Shown here in pieces: positions 48,686 to 62,100 of a stretch of 64,000 bases of DNA. Under the pieces are notes generated by a model. That model was not told the DNA's origin. It saw only the letters and a list, made by a program, of their open reading frames with translations, and did no database searches. Positions within the stretch are counted from its first letter, which is position 1, and each line of letters starts with the position of its first letter. The position numbers and the translations under genes are program-made. Source of the stretch: Takakia lepidozioides (Eukaryota; Plantae; Bryophyta); assembly GCA_030704615.1 (NCBI GenBank), contig CM060733.1, positions 34,596,001-34,660,000 on the forward strand. Reading direction: 5' to 3'.

Positions 48686-51481
48686 TCTTGCCCCAATCAG
48701 TACAGTGCGAAGAGGTAGCCTGATTTTACAGCACCGAGAGAAGACCCATGGACTTCCTCCGGTTCATCTTCAAACCAGACCCTAAGCAAAAAATGTGCAA
48801 GGCCTGAAGAGCACGGTCTATATTTTCTCGGGATAAATTGTCCAGCAGTAAGAGGTATCATCAGCGTACATGGACAGTTTAACCATTTCCGGTGAGAAGG
48901 TAGGTAAATGAAGACCAATGATATCCTGCCTAGCTCAAAGAGGTGTCTTAGAGAATAATTCTGCTGCAATGAGAAAGAGGAAGGGAGCTAAGGGGCATCC
49001 CTGTCTGACCGACCTTGAGATAGGGAAAGACTGGGAGATGACACCATTGACCATAACCTTGTTATGGGCCGACCGAAGAAGGATCCCAACCCAAGACAAG
49101 AAGTGGCCATTCACGCCAGTCTTTTCCAGCGCAGCTAGGAGGAAAGTCCAATCTATTGAGTCAAAAGCCTTTTCAAAGTCCAGCATTAAGAAAGCAAGGG
49201 GTTGGTTGTTCAAGGTAGCTCGGTGAAGTGCTTCGTGGGCAAGCAAAATGTTATCCAAAATCATGCGGTCTTTAAGGAAGCCAGTTTGTTCTTTCCTAAT
49301 GATTTTTGGCAGTAGGGGTTGGATTCTGAGAGCAAGCGCTTTGGCGATAATTTTCTAAGTAGTATTGAGCAGGGTGATGGGCCGGTAGTTAGCTATATTA
49401 TCTCTCTCCCTTTCTTTGTAGATCAGAGTGATGAGACCTTCTGAAAATCTGAGAAGGCATCAACTATTTGTGGAGAATGTCGTTGGCCATATAGAGGAAA
49501 TCGTCACCCAGGGTAGACCACATAACTTTGAACAGCTCTACAGGTAGACCGTCCGGACCAGGGCTTTAAAGGGAGGGCAGGGCCTCCACAGCTTTCCCAA
49601 GTTCAGACTCAGTAAACGGTTCTACCAGTTTGACTTTATCCTCCTCAGAAAGGGAACATGGGATGTTTCTGAGGAGAGCCCTCCTAGCCTCCACTACCTC
49701 AGAAGTGTGATCTCTTTTCTGAAAAAGCTGTCTGAAGAAGTCAGCAGCAATGTTGGCCATCTTCTTTGGGACAACACTTTGGATACCAAAGACATCAGAC
49801 AGAGAGGGTATCAAAGTAGATGCACGACGTTGGGTAGCTTTGACAAAAAAAATTTAGACATCTTCTCCCCTTTAAGCGACCAATTGACCCCTGCCTTGGT
49901 CCTCATAAACTGCTCCTCGGAATGTGACAGTAATGAGCGGTTCTTCTCAGCAATTCAACGCTTTCTCTTTTCTAGAGGACTCTTCAGCCTTCTTCCTAGA
50001 CAACTCTTGGCAGATGCTTCTCAGATTCTGCAGTTTGGAGAGAAAAAGAAGAGTGGGGGAAGAGAAGGGGCGGTCAGCAGAGGACCAAACCCTTTGAAGC
50101 TCAAGAACCACCTCTGGGTCTTTGAGGAGTAGGGGGTTTAATTTAAAGAAACCCCTACCCCTCACCCTTGCCCCGGGGTGTGGAGAGAGAGCTAGACAAT
50201 AGAGTGATCGAAACCAGGAGCTATGGGAACAATGAGAGATATGACAATCCACTTTAACAAATGCTCAGAGCAGTAGAACCTATCCAAACGAGCTAGCTAG
50301 GGAGATGTTTGGAGCATGTAAATTTCAGCTCTCCTACATTGGGGGGGTAGCATCCAACAAACTAACCACCAAGCAAAGCGAATCCCATGCATCTCTTTCA
50401 ACAGCAGAAAGACCATGGACGTTTGAGCCAAAGCGTCATTGTCACACTCCATCATATTAAAATCCCCTCCCAATATCCAATGTTGAATGTCCATACGCTG
50501 CATCATTCTCAACCTTACAGTAGACCAAATATCAATATGTTCGACTTCATTGTTAGGGGCATAACCCTATTTTAACTAATTCTGGACTTTTGGCTTAAAT
50601 CCGGACCAAACTTAATATATATTTGAATTAAAATTAATTCAAATGTTAATAATATAGGTCATCTTCATCAAGTTATTTTAATATTTTACTGCCCTTCTCA
50701 CACCCAAAACATTATTTCAATGGCATCGTCTCTGAATATTGTGCTTGTCAACATGAAGATTCAATGAAAATTACTATCAAGTTGTATCGAGTATGGTAGA
50801 GTAGGAGTCTACCCCATGTTCGATTCGACACATTTATTTATCGTGATTACATAATGTAATATTACATCATTCGATTTCCCAATGGACGTTCAATGAATTG
50901 TTCAGTATTGCAACTTCACAAGCACTTCAATGTCAAATGGACATCTTATATGTCACATTTTGAAGCAAGTATAACATCACCTGTAATTTCACAAAGTTCA
51001 ATCACACAGAGGGAGTGCACTTGTCTCTCCCCCCTACTGCGCCAAGATGCCAGCTTCGTTGAGAAGCGGCGGGGTTGCATGGAGCATCTGCATGCAAGAC
51101 ACGTCGTCCCTGAACGGTCCAGAGTCGCGCTAAAATAAGGTTGTTTCAAAACAGACGTACGCGCCTAGGGGAAATTTTGGTTGTCGCTTCAGTGGTGGTC
51201 TCTTCTCCACGTCCTCTGCTCATACAATTTCATCCTAGCTGCTTTTCATCTTCAGTTATGACACATCACATCTTAAGATAGAATGAACAGCTGGCTGGAC
51301 GGCTGGTGTATGTAAAAAACCGTTGGATACAGGCAGTTAATGATTACATATGATACCTTGTCAGATGGGTAATGTGGATGGATGAGGATAGATGGCCTAG
51401 TGCAAAGTGGAATGAAACTGCTCATCCAGCTAGCCGTGCATCGGCAGTGACGTTCCTGTATGGGCGCTTCGATCATGTTGT

Positions 51482-53600
51482 TTGATGCTATCCCCAGACG
51501 TACGGCTCGTTGCTCCAGTGCTGGCACACTTTGTTGGACACTGTTCCGTACTCTTCTCTGCTTTACGAATGGCTCTCACAGGAGAGTTGGTAAAATTCTA
51601 CTGTGCTTACAAATCGCTCCCCCTCACCAAAGTGCCAGATGCCAATGGGATGGCAACCGTGGGAGAGGATGTCCTCTGTAGAAGCTTGGATCTGCAAGTT
51701 GGAACTGTGCATGTAGAGAAAGAAGTGCACGACTCCGCCGGTAGGGTTAACAATATGATGATTCTGGAGCCATTCGTGTGCGATGACCGTATTAGACAAT
51801 GGAGAGTTCCAACAAGCACTTACCGCATGCACGGGGATCAACGATATTCATCTGCAGGTTCTACACTCACACCAGGAACTACCGCTTCGGTGGCTCCGGC
51901 CTTCACACCTACTACAATTAAAAAAGAGGACACTAGCACATCGACGGCTTTTGTCCTCCTCTCGGAAAGCTCGGGTGATGACGACATCTCTGAGATTCCA
52001 CCACCTCCAACACACCTATCTTTTGTCGAAGAACTAGATGTGCAGGAGATAGGCAGTGTCGTTCCAAAGTTGCAGTCTATGAAAGGCTTGCCAAACTGCA
52101 GAAATGACGTGCGTGGAATTGCATGGGGGACAATAAATATTATAAGAGCAAAATACCTTCCCGCAGAATTGATGGAGATGTGGTTTTTAAGCTGCCACCT
52201 CTGACGTCCTGTGGAGGTTTGCGGGGACTCATGCAAGGGATGGACAAGAAGCACGACGGACACCCTTGGTGTCGAACTAAGACAACCAACATACATAACC
52301 CTCATGGCTTGTCTTTCCGTAGATCAGTCTGCGTTGGGCACCTACGTTGTGGAAATGAAGCCTGCAACTGCCTGACATTGAGAGGCTCTCCAAACGAGAC
52401 AGAGTGGGAGGGTTGCACGGATAACCCATTCGAGGTTGGGTGCCCACCTCCTAAAAACACGACGTTGCTCTGCAAATATTGCAAAACGGCTCCAACATGC
52501 ATTGGCGCATGCAAGGCCCGCATGTACTATGTGCTCCATCGTTTTCGCGGCCTTACCCGAGCTTGTATTCATCTCGGCAATCATACCCACCCCGTATCGA
52601 AAGGGGATTGTCAAGAAAGTCTTGAAACAATTCGGGGACTTCTACGGCACGAGGTGGAGAATGCTCCTTATGCACCGCCATCTGCAATTGCACTTTCTGC
52701 AAGCAAGAGCTTCTTGCAAAAACACATTCTAGGAGGAGCGGAAGAGAACATAGAGAAATTGGACAGCGAAAAACTGGACGTCATTATGGACTATTTCTCG
52801 ACCCTTAATTCACCAAATGTACGCAACCAGATCAACGCACTCAGAATGGGAACAGGGAGCACATGTTATGTGGATAGCATCCTAGAATTGAAGCGGAGAA
52901 GCATGTACGACTTCATTCAAGACAATGTTTTTCCTAGTGAGGGGTCGTTGAAAGTGTTCTTATTCAAGATGTCCACAGTTGCGGAATGAAGTGGAATTAG
53001 CTTGGTCCGCAGAATGCAGCCCGGTGGCGATCTCCAGAAATCCTGACTCATGTTTGATCATGTGAAACGTGTGAAGGGTCGGATAACCATGGTTGCCCAT
53101 GTGTACGATCCTTCTTACCAAAGAGTTATGACAATTGTAGTGTGTGACATACAATCCGAAGACACTGAGTCTCAAATCCTGATGTGGAAGTCCCTTGTGA
53201 AAGTCATGAGAAATCATGGTGTCTCAGATCCAAACTTTCATGGATTTATGGCCGATAGCGCGCGGGCAAATTGGAATGCAGTCCGGTCTGTTTTTGGAAG
53301 TGGTGATCCGAAAATACCCATGATGGGCAGGGAGCGCACTTGCCTGTTCCATTGGACTCAGTTCCTCCGAAGGCACACCAAGAATTGCATAAAACCAGAG
53401 TTGCAGGAGGAACACATGAGACTCTGCCGGCTGTATAAAGATGTGACAAGCAAGATCGAAGCAAACTCCTTATACCAAACTATAAGGGCATGGTGATACT
53501 CCTCCGATGCAGCAAGTCAGGATGGCCTCAAAGAACTTGACGACTGGATGGGATTCTGACACTTCAGATACAAACAGTGGGGAGGGTTCATGACAAGAGT
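51482..53600 (+). mobile_element. Degenerate Mutator-like (MULE) transposase with a GCM/WRKY-superfamily-like Zn domain
   Basis: DGHPWCRTKTTN...CVGHLRCGNEAC...CKYC...C...HLGNHTHP, then MFDHVKR, FHGFMADSA..NWNAVR and CLFHW (DDE/CxxH pattern). In-frame stops at 52987, ~53044 and 53494. TIRs not identified. Confidence 0.65.
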
Positions 53601-53854
53601 AAGGTCCCTTCTAAATTTCCGATGTTTGCATAAGTTCAATTTGAAATGAACCTTGTGTTAACACGAGGTTGATTTCAAGTTCCGAGAATGTTTATTTGAA
53701 TGTGACTTGATGTGTTCGCAAGTGAACAAATGAGTTTGAGGAACAAATGCAACAAATGGTAGATGCATGCACAATACGATTGATGATGTGACATACACCG
53801 ATAGACATACGACTTCATTTTTTTTTATAAAAATTATTATTATTATTTTAAAAT

Positions 53855-54112
53855 CCCTGGGGGTGATGCAAATCAACCTTGCGTTGACGCAACCTTGATT
53901 TGAGAAATGAAAGCATCATTATATATATATATATATATTTCCTCCCCTGGGGGTGATGCAAATCAACCTTGCATTGACGCAACCTTAATTTGAGAAATGA
54001 AAGCATCTTATATATATATATATATATATATTTCCTCCATGGGGGGTGATGCAAATCAATCTTGCGTTGACGCAACATTGATTTGAGAAATGAAAGCATC
54101 ATTTTTTGAAGT

Positions 54113-54143
<31 letters not shown>

Positions 54144-54410
54144 TTTCCGTCGGGGATGATGCAAATCAACCTTGCGTTGACGCAACATTAATTTGAGAAA
54201 TGAAAGCATAAATTTTTGAATTTGTTTTTTTTTCTCCCTGGGGGGTGATATAAATCAACATTGGGTTGACGCAACCTTGATTTGAGAAATGAAAACATCT
54301 TTTCTTGAAGGTTTTTTTTTCTTTTTTCTTTTTTTTTCTTTTCCTAGGAGGTTGATGCAAATCAACCTTGCGTTGACGCAACCTTGATTTAAGAAATGAA
54401 AGCATCCTTA
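53855..54410. repeat. Array of six ~60-bp palindromic repeats with low-complexity spacers
   Basis: GGGGTGATGCAAATCAACCTTGCGTTGACGCAACCTTGATTTGAGAAATGAAAGCAT at ~53858, 53947, 54040, 54152, 54239 and 54347. Confidence 0.9.
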
Positions 54411-54909
54411 TTTGAGGACTGTTTTTTGTATTTGTATGGTTGCTAGCCATGTTGTTCTTCGTTTCGTGTCTTACATTGCAAGTCTTGCCAACCTGTTTTG
54501 CACCATGTTTTTTCATAAACCGCAAAGTCGCTTTAGGAATTTCCTGGTGTTTGTCCGGAGAACATCTATCAATGAAAGGTTGGGGGGGAGGAACTTTGAT
54601 AGAACAAACTCATTCTCCTTCGTGTTCATTACGTAACAAGACATTGTACTCTCTGCAATATCTTGTGCCCGTGGACAAAAACCATCCACAAACCACCCGT
54701 GATTTCTCATCCAACCAAGATTTGGATGAGGGAGGAGACTTCTTGGAAAATAAAGTTGGCAAATCTGGGGCGTGGTAGTCGCCTACAATTCCGCAGAAAT
54801 AGGTGGCATCCACGGAATTAGGTCCTACACGTGGGAAACCTTGCTGACGTGGCGTGAGCCTAGCTAGGCTCACGCACTCCACGCGGCCAGGCTCACGCGC
54901 AAGCATTTC

Positions 54910-55576
54910 CCATCCAAAGTATACTATGGGGGAAGACTTTGATCAGTATTTACAAATGTTTGAAGATATTGCTGCAGTTAATGGAGTCCTTCAAAATTTT
55001 AAAATCGCTATATTTAGGATGAGCATGAAGGGGGCTGCTAGGAATCTATTGTATGCAGCTGTTATGTATGATCCTCAACTTAGTTGGGCATCTGTAGTTG
55101 AGTGGGCCTGGACCTTGTTCAAACCCACGGAGCGTCCATTGGACTGCTTCACCAAATTCTCCTTGCGCACCTACAAGCCAGGTGAGTCGCTATGGCAGTA
55201 GTACCTTGACCTGAAATTTGCTGCAGCAGAAAATATTACTGATGTACCTGAGAGAGATCGCATGGTTAGAGTGTTCTTTTTTCTTGGCTTACCTCCTGCT
55301 ATCTAGGCTTGGGCTCAACGCCGCTATTTTGTAAATGATAAGACCATGCTAGCAGATATTAGCTTAAAAATGGCAAACTTCAGCAAATCAATCCAGCGGC
55401 CCCATCCCAAGTTTCAAGCTCTCGTGGGCTTAGAGCTTGGCATGAATGCAACATCTCCTCCATATGTTCCTGCTGCTATGCAATGCAAACCAGGTGAATT
55501 CACCCTCCAAGGGTTGACTAATACTGTGGGTAGTCTTAGTGAGTCGGTAGCTACTCAACGCTGCCATGCAGGTTAA
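54910..55576 (+). pseudogene. Retrotransposon gag-like fragment
   Basis: GEDFDQYLQMFEDIAAVNG...MKGAARN...YKPGESLWQ*Y...FFLGLP resembles the retrotransposon capsid pattern; stops present. Confidence 0.5.
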
Positions 55577-56926
55577 TCAGCGTGCCAATTGGCCAATTGC
55601 CGTACGGAAGTAAACATGACAGAAATCATCCGCCGCAGTCGATTAAAATATTTATTTTGAAGTTGAAATTTGAATTTATGTGTGACGGTCCATGCATCTA
55701 TGTCGAGGTGTCATATCTTGGTAATGATGGATGGCTGTGCTACATAGAACATGTTGAACATGCATGATATATGGCTGTGACATGATTAATGTACAACGGG
55801 TTTGAAGCGGAGGCGGACGGGCGGGCGAATGGGGAGCGACTGGTCGCGACCAACGCAGGAGCCGCCACGGGGGGTGAGGGGGAGGGGGAAGGGCGGGCCA
55901 CGCAGGCAGCCCGCTGAGGGCGCGTAAAGAACTGGGCCACATTTCCCCTAGTGTATTTAGGGGGCGCCTATTTAGCGGATTCTCTCGTCTGTTAGGGGCT
56001 GTACATTCTCTGGAAATGACAGTGTACATTACGGCCGATGTAATGCACTGCTGCTCATCTTTTACAAAAAGAACAAGAAATGTGCCCAGTTCTTTACGCT
56101 GGGGATGGCCTCTCGTGTCGGGCCCTCCACTAATTTTCTGCTTCTGCCCTGGCGCCTGGGGCTACCGCCCTTGGGCAGAAAATTAGTGGAGGGCCCTCCG
56201 CTCGAGGCCCTCCCGTTAGCCCTATACATTGCAGAAACCCTTCATTATTAAGCACTTGTACCATGAAGGGTTCATTGAGGCTTGAACCCTTCACTATTAA
56301 ACTTAGACTTTCATTTGCAAGTTTCCTTTTTCTTAGCCCTTCATGATGAAAGGTTCAGATTTTATCTGGCCTTTCTTTTGAAGGGCCCTGATTTTTTTGC
56401 CCTTCATATGGAGCATTTTTGCAAATACTGTGCAGATTGTTGCACCCAAAACAGAAAAATTAGTAGGCTGCCCGTGCCAAGAGGAAGGCAACTTGCAAGG
56501 CGTAGAGAGGTGGAGGAAAAGGGTGCCGGGCTCCAAGAGCAGTATGGTTGCACGGGAGATGGCCCATAATTTACGCTTCCTTGGGGGGGTGTCAAATAGT
56601 AAATATTAATATCGATATTATTAATTGGTGATAGCCCGTGCCACGTAGGCTACCTAGTGACACCGGGAACAACCATAGTAAAATGATGATTTACCGATGT
56701 TGATAACATCAGGTCTGAACTGACCCTAATAATTAGGGTCTCTTACAATTCAATCTGGCAATTATGTAAAGCACAATGGGCAGCTCTGCAGCCTTGGATC
56801 GCTGTACATCGTTTTGAGAGTGAAAGGGTATAATGCATACTGCCTATTCTGCTTCTTAATTTGTCTCTAAAGCGCATAATCTGCCTCAAAGATCCTTCAT
56901 GATTTCGGAAGCCAAAGGGAAGGGAG

Positions 56927-57204
56927 CAGTGATTTTTTTCTGAAATTTGAAAAATAGCACGAGTGGCTACAAGAAATAGCTATATATTTTGTTCATCCAC
57001 TGAAAAATTTGGATAGAATCATCCTCCTATGTACTTTCATCCATTTATATCATCCACATTTGGCAAATTCATCCATCTTTTTTTTCCCTTGTAGAAGTTT
57101 GGCGATTTCATCCATGAAAAAACAGGGAATTTTCGACAGAATATTCCATTTTAATGTTTTGAGGTCGCCATTTGGCGATTTTTCGCCAGGAAAAAAAAAC
57201 ACTG
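56927..57204. mobile_element. hAT-type MITE, copy 1
   Basis: TIR CAGTG(A)TTTTTT...AAAAAACACTG with 8-bp TSD GAAGGGAG. Confidence 0.9.
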
Positions 57205-57575
57205 GAAGGGAGAAGTTAGACACACCACACACAACAAGGCAGTGTTTTTTTTTCTCATTTTTCGAAAGTAGCGGGAGTGTACTCTACCTGGTGCGCCAAG
57301 TGGCCGGAAAACATGAGCTGGCACCTCTAGAAATTCCGCTTACTGACAACTGGCAAGTGTTAACAGGTCCACGTTGACAATCATACGAATTTTTCCTCTC
57401 GTTCATCTCTCCCGTTTTGGCGGACAATGGGAAAAAAATGCCGAAGGTGACTGGTGTACTTTGATGTTAATCATTTGTGCATGTACTAAATGTTGGCCGA
57501 AGGGTATCACATTTTGAGGGAACGACAACTTGTTCCAAGGAAACAAACTGCATCTAAGTTATGTCGTCTGACGGA

Positions 57576-57764
57576 AAGGATTTTGGGGGCAGATTCTGCC
57601 TTTTTTTAAGCAAATTAAAATGCAGAAGATCGACGTTCCACGGCGCTGGCGCATTCTGCATTCCTAATCGGCTGCTTGACTGCCATAATCGGCAGTTTGA
57701 CTTTTAATGGCTCATTATGGCCTGCAGCCAATCAGGGCCTCGCAGAATCTGCCCCAAAATTCCT
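57576..57764. mobile_element. MITE-like element with ~25-bp inverted ends
   Basis: AAGGATTTTGGGGGCAGATTCTGC / GCAGAATCTGCCCCAAAATTCCTT; TSD not clear. Confidence 0.55.
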
Positions 57765-58216
57765 TTATTCATATTTTTGTTTTCTTATTTCCACATTTTC
57801 TACATTTATGTGTTTTTATTTCCTTTTTCATTTGACAAGTGACAACCATTACGCTTGAGGGGATCGGAGACTTTCCAACTTCAAGCCCACATCCAATTCA
57901 ATGAATTTAGGGCTCAAACCAGCCCCCGCCCAACTTAAAAATTCATATCTCCCTCCAAATTAGGGATCGAGGAAGGATGAAAGTTCATTTGTCTGTGTGC
58001 CTAAACATTTTGTGGATAGTTTTTCTATCTAATTTCTTATTGTTTTGCTTGTATGTTTGGATGATAAAGTAGACCTATTGTACCCATAATCATCCAATTG
58101 GATGCTTAACTCATCCTGAGGACGTCTTGTGGGATCAAAATCATGAAACACATTTTCAAAGTTTTGTTTTTGAGGGAGAATTTATGGGATAAATAAAACC
58201 CTACCCTCATACTCTG

Positions 58217-58462
58217 CAGTGATTTTTTTCTTAAATTTGAAAAATAGCACGAGTGGCTACAAGAAATAGCTATATCATCCTCCTATGTACTTTCATCCAT
58301 TTATATCATCCACATTTGGCAAATTCATCCATTGTTTTTTTTCCCCTTGTAGAAGATTGGCGATTTCATCCATGAAAAAACTGGGAATTTACGACAGAAT
58401 ATTCTATTTTAATGTTTTGAGGTCGCCATTTGGCGATTTTTCGCCAAAAAAAAAAAACACTG
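58217..58462. mobile_element. hAT-type MITE, copy 2
   Basis: Same family as 56927-57204, with 8-bp TSD ATACTCTG. Confidence 0.9.
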
Positions 58463-58647
58463 ATACTCTGTTTCCATACGATAATGCCCATTGCGACGCA
58501 CAATCTCCCTTCGGCCTGCATCAGTCAGTTCCACAGTGAGGTTGTGCCTGCCCAAAGCGATGGAACTGCAGCTTTCGTGCTCAAACAATCGGAACGGCTC
58601 CTCCCTCAAAAATGAGCTTTTTGGCGAGCAAAAAAACACGGTGCAAC

Positions 58648-58718
58648 AAGGTAGCAGGATTTGAACAAAAGAATCACTGGGTGACAGTCACTGCTTTACC
58701 AGACTGAGCTAATGGACT
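58648..58718 (-). other. tRNA-like remnant (pseudo-tRNA or SINE head)
   Basis: The minus strand has an A box TAGCTCAGTCTGGTA and a B box GTTCAAATCC, but the stems pair poorly. Confidence 0.45.
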
Positions 58719-59199
58719 GGATGTCATAATGCCCAAGTACTACTCTAAATTATCACATGTGCTGTAAATTAGTACAGTGCCAAACAATCATGGGCCATGG
58801 CAGGGACGCGCGTTGATAGAGAAATGATGTGGCGACTTGAAAGTTTACAAAGAGATTCCAGCGAAGCAAGATCGGTAGCTCATCACGTTTTCATGGGCGT
58901 TATAGCTCGAATGCTTATTGCCAAGAGACACAAGGAAGAACGATATTGAGGATAGGCCCAGACAGAAAGTTGTACAGCTGAAAGTTCAAGTCCGAAGATC
59001 TGCAAGTGGGTCGAGGACGGAGGAAGGTCCGAAGTACTAACCTCGTAATTTCCGTTTTGAGGTTATTGAATGCTCTCAGCTTCCGAAACATCTTAGACAT
59101 AGATTTGCAGTGACCCATTGACGTACTCGCTTCCCTTCTGGAGGAAAAAGACTTCCAGAAAGCATGGGAATCGTAGCTGAGCCAAAGCTGCAAGTGATC

Positions 59200-62100
59200 T
59201 TGAAAGACCGAACTGTGGTTGCTCTAGCTGTTCCTACCAAAAATCATGTGATGTATCTTTCAAGAAAACAAGTGAATGGTATGCAAGATTCCCTGATAAT
59301 CATTTCCTAACCTGGAATGGCTTGAATACAGCATTCCGAAATAGGTTCAGGACAAGTAAAACTGAGGATGAAGTGTATGGAAGTTTACAACAGTTAAAGC
59401 AAAAGAAGCATGAAACTGTTGAGGAGTATATGGAAAAGATGGAATTGATGATGAAAAGCTGGCTGTTGTACCAGCACCAGGTTTACAGAAGACTTGGTTT
59501 GTGAGTGGACTAAGACCAGAGTTGCAAAAGAAAGTGGATATGTTACCCCATAATTCAGTGGAGGAGGCATTTGAAACAGCGAACAGAATTGAGCAATTGG
59601 GAATGCTCAGGAGAGAGAAAAGGGATGATGAGGACTCTGAGGATGAGTCAGATGAGGAAGAAGAGCAAGAGCTGAAAAGGAAGAGTAAGAGGAAGGAGAA
59701 GTTGAAGAGGGATAACTATGAGAAAAGATTAGAAGAAATCTTGAAGAAGTATGCCACAGAGGAGGCTGCAACACATTGGAGGAAGGGTGTTGGTGTGCAA
59801 AGTGCCAGAATGAAGGCCATACCACCACTGAATGCCACATGAAGGAGAAACACTGTACTATCTGTAAAATGGATAACCATTCTACTGAGAATTGTTACTA
59901 CAACAGAAGGACAGCAGCTAGAGAACCTAGGCAAGTAAGGGTGCATCAAGTGCAGCCCCAGCCAAGAAGAAACAGTGATCAGGACCACTATGGTAGGCCT
60001 GGTGGTTATAACAATGGCATGGAAGGGAGAGGTAATCCAAGAGGGAATTACCAAGGAAATTCCAGAGGCAACTATCAGGGTAATCCAAGGGGGAATTACC
60101 AGCCAGGGAATCAGGATTACAGAAACAATTCCAGAACAGACCAAGGGCGAGGACCTAATGGGGAAGAACTATGTTACTATTGTAATCAGGCAGGCCATCG
60201 CAAGGCAGCTTGTCCATTCTAGATCAGACACCAGAATGAGATGAGAGCTCCTGTGAATGAGGGGCCGGTGATGGCAGCTCACATGGTTAGGCCATGTGTT
60301 GTACCAGAAGTAAGTACAATGATAGTAACGAGAAGCAAAGCCAAACTAATACCTCCAGTAGATGAGGAAGATGATGATATGATGAAGATGGCAGTGATGT
60401 GCCTGAAGATGATGAGGCTTAGAGAGATGAGAAGGAACTGCACAAGGAAGTGGCAGATACCATAAGGGAAATGCAGAAGAGTACTGATATTCCTATGGCA
60501 GATTCCTTGATTCTGAAAGAGAAGAGGAAGTGAGTGAGGATGAAGGGAAGAAAGAAGCTGCAGACATGCAGAGGTAATGCAGGGACTTTGGCTGAAGTAA
60601 TATGCCAGTCCAAAGCGGAGATTACCATTGGACAACTATTGGTTGTGGCACCTTATTGTAGACACAGGCTGTATCAAGCAATCAATCGAATTGCCCATGT
60701 GACAGGGAACACAGACCTGAACAGCAAGGTGACCAGTTATAATGTGAAGCCGGAAGGGCGAGAAACAGTCATGGACTTTGATGATTCTATGTCAGTAATC
60801 CAGTTGAGAATTGGAAGCACAGAACTAACTGATATACTGATAGATGGAGGCTCTGGAGTGAATATCATGACAGACCAATTAAGGCAGAAGCTTGGTCTAA
60901 GTAACATGAAACCGGCCCCATTTACAATAACAATGGCAGATCAAAGAAGTGTACAGCCATTGGGATTGATAAGAGGAGATTCAAAAGATGATCTTTATGA
61001 TCACAGTAACTGTATTGAAAATGGATGAAGTCATGGAAGCTTACTCCTTATTGTTGGGACGTCCATGGCTGAAACAGGCCAGGGTATTCCATGACTGGAA
61101 TTCCCAGTTACTAACTGTGCATGATGGGATGCACAAGATACAAATTACCACTAAGAAATCTAGTAGATTACCTGCTACGAGAAGACCTCGAGGGGTCAGG
61201 GAGTATAACTGGAGGGGAGGACTTGATGAGGAGCAAGAAGCTACCTTGTTCGCTGCACACCCAGAGTGGGAGCAGGTTGCAGAGATGCAGCGCCTAAGTT
61301 GTTTAAAAGGTATCTATTGCGGTGTAGTGACAGCAACATCAATTGAAGGTGAAACAAGCAGTTACCCACCACATTTCTATGAAGAAGAAATAAGGGAGAG
61401 AAATGGAAATCCTAGAGGAACCAGCCACTGTGAGTTTACAGGATGAAGTGGTGACTGTTGGACAATCACAGCTGATGAGCAGGTGAGAGAAGTGAATGTG
61501 GGAACTTAGAAGAACGAGGATGGTGAAGGTAGGGGCTGATTTGGAGCGAGAATTCTTTGAGGAAGCTAAGAGTTTGTTCATCAAATACAGAGATGTATTT
61601 GCTTGGAGCTACAAAGATCTAAAAGGGATACCACCTGAGATCTGTCAGCATAAGATTGAACTGGAACCGGGGTCAGTACCAATCAAACAGGCAAGGTACA
61701 GAATGAATCCCAACTATGCACAGAAGGTTGGAAAAGAGATCAAGAAGTTGGCTGAGGCTAAGTTTATATACCCGATAGAGTATACAACTTGGTTGTCACC
61801 CATTGTGATAGTTCCCAAGAAGAATGGTATAACTGAGAGTTTGTGTGAACTATAAGAAGTTGAATGCTTGCACGAAGAAAGATCATTTCCCTTGCCATTC
61901 ACAGAAGCGGTATTGGACACTGTGGCAGGCCATGAGATGTACTCATTCATGGATGGCTTCAGTGGTTATAATCAAGTGCAAGTGGCAGAAGAAGACCAAG
62001 GGAAGACAACTTTCATCACAGACTGGGGTGCTTATGCATACAAAGTCATGCCTTTTGGACTTTGTAATGCACCAGCAACCTTTCAGAGAGTGATAAGTGA

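Larger units (their letters stand above)
22583..50520 (-). mobile_element. L1/Tx1-type LINE ORF2 remnant split into four pieces (22583-23739, 24934-25749, 43481-43789, 48686-50520) by nested insertions
   Basis: Endonuclease WILGGDFNM (~50460). RT ILDNILLAHE, LDFEKAFDSIDW, VRQGCPLAP (49264-48935). IRNFFWG...VR|RALVSWEQLCQPKKKGGLG joins in frame across the CACTA. zf-RVT CSLC...ETIEHCLAEC (23705-23355). A-rich tail near 22590. Confidence 0.9.

Noticed and set aside
53855-54410. CRISPR array
   Set aside because: Eukaryotic context, repeats of ~60 bp, low-complexity spacers and no cas genes.
58648-58718. Functional tRNA-Asp gene
   Set aside because: A and B boxes are present but the acceptor and anticodon stems do not pair.
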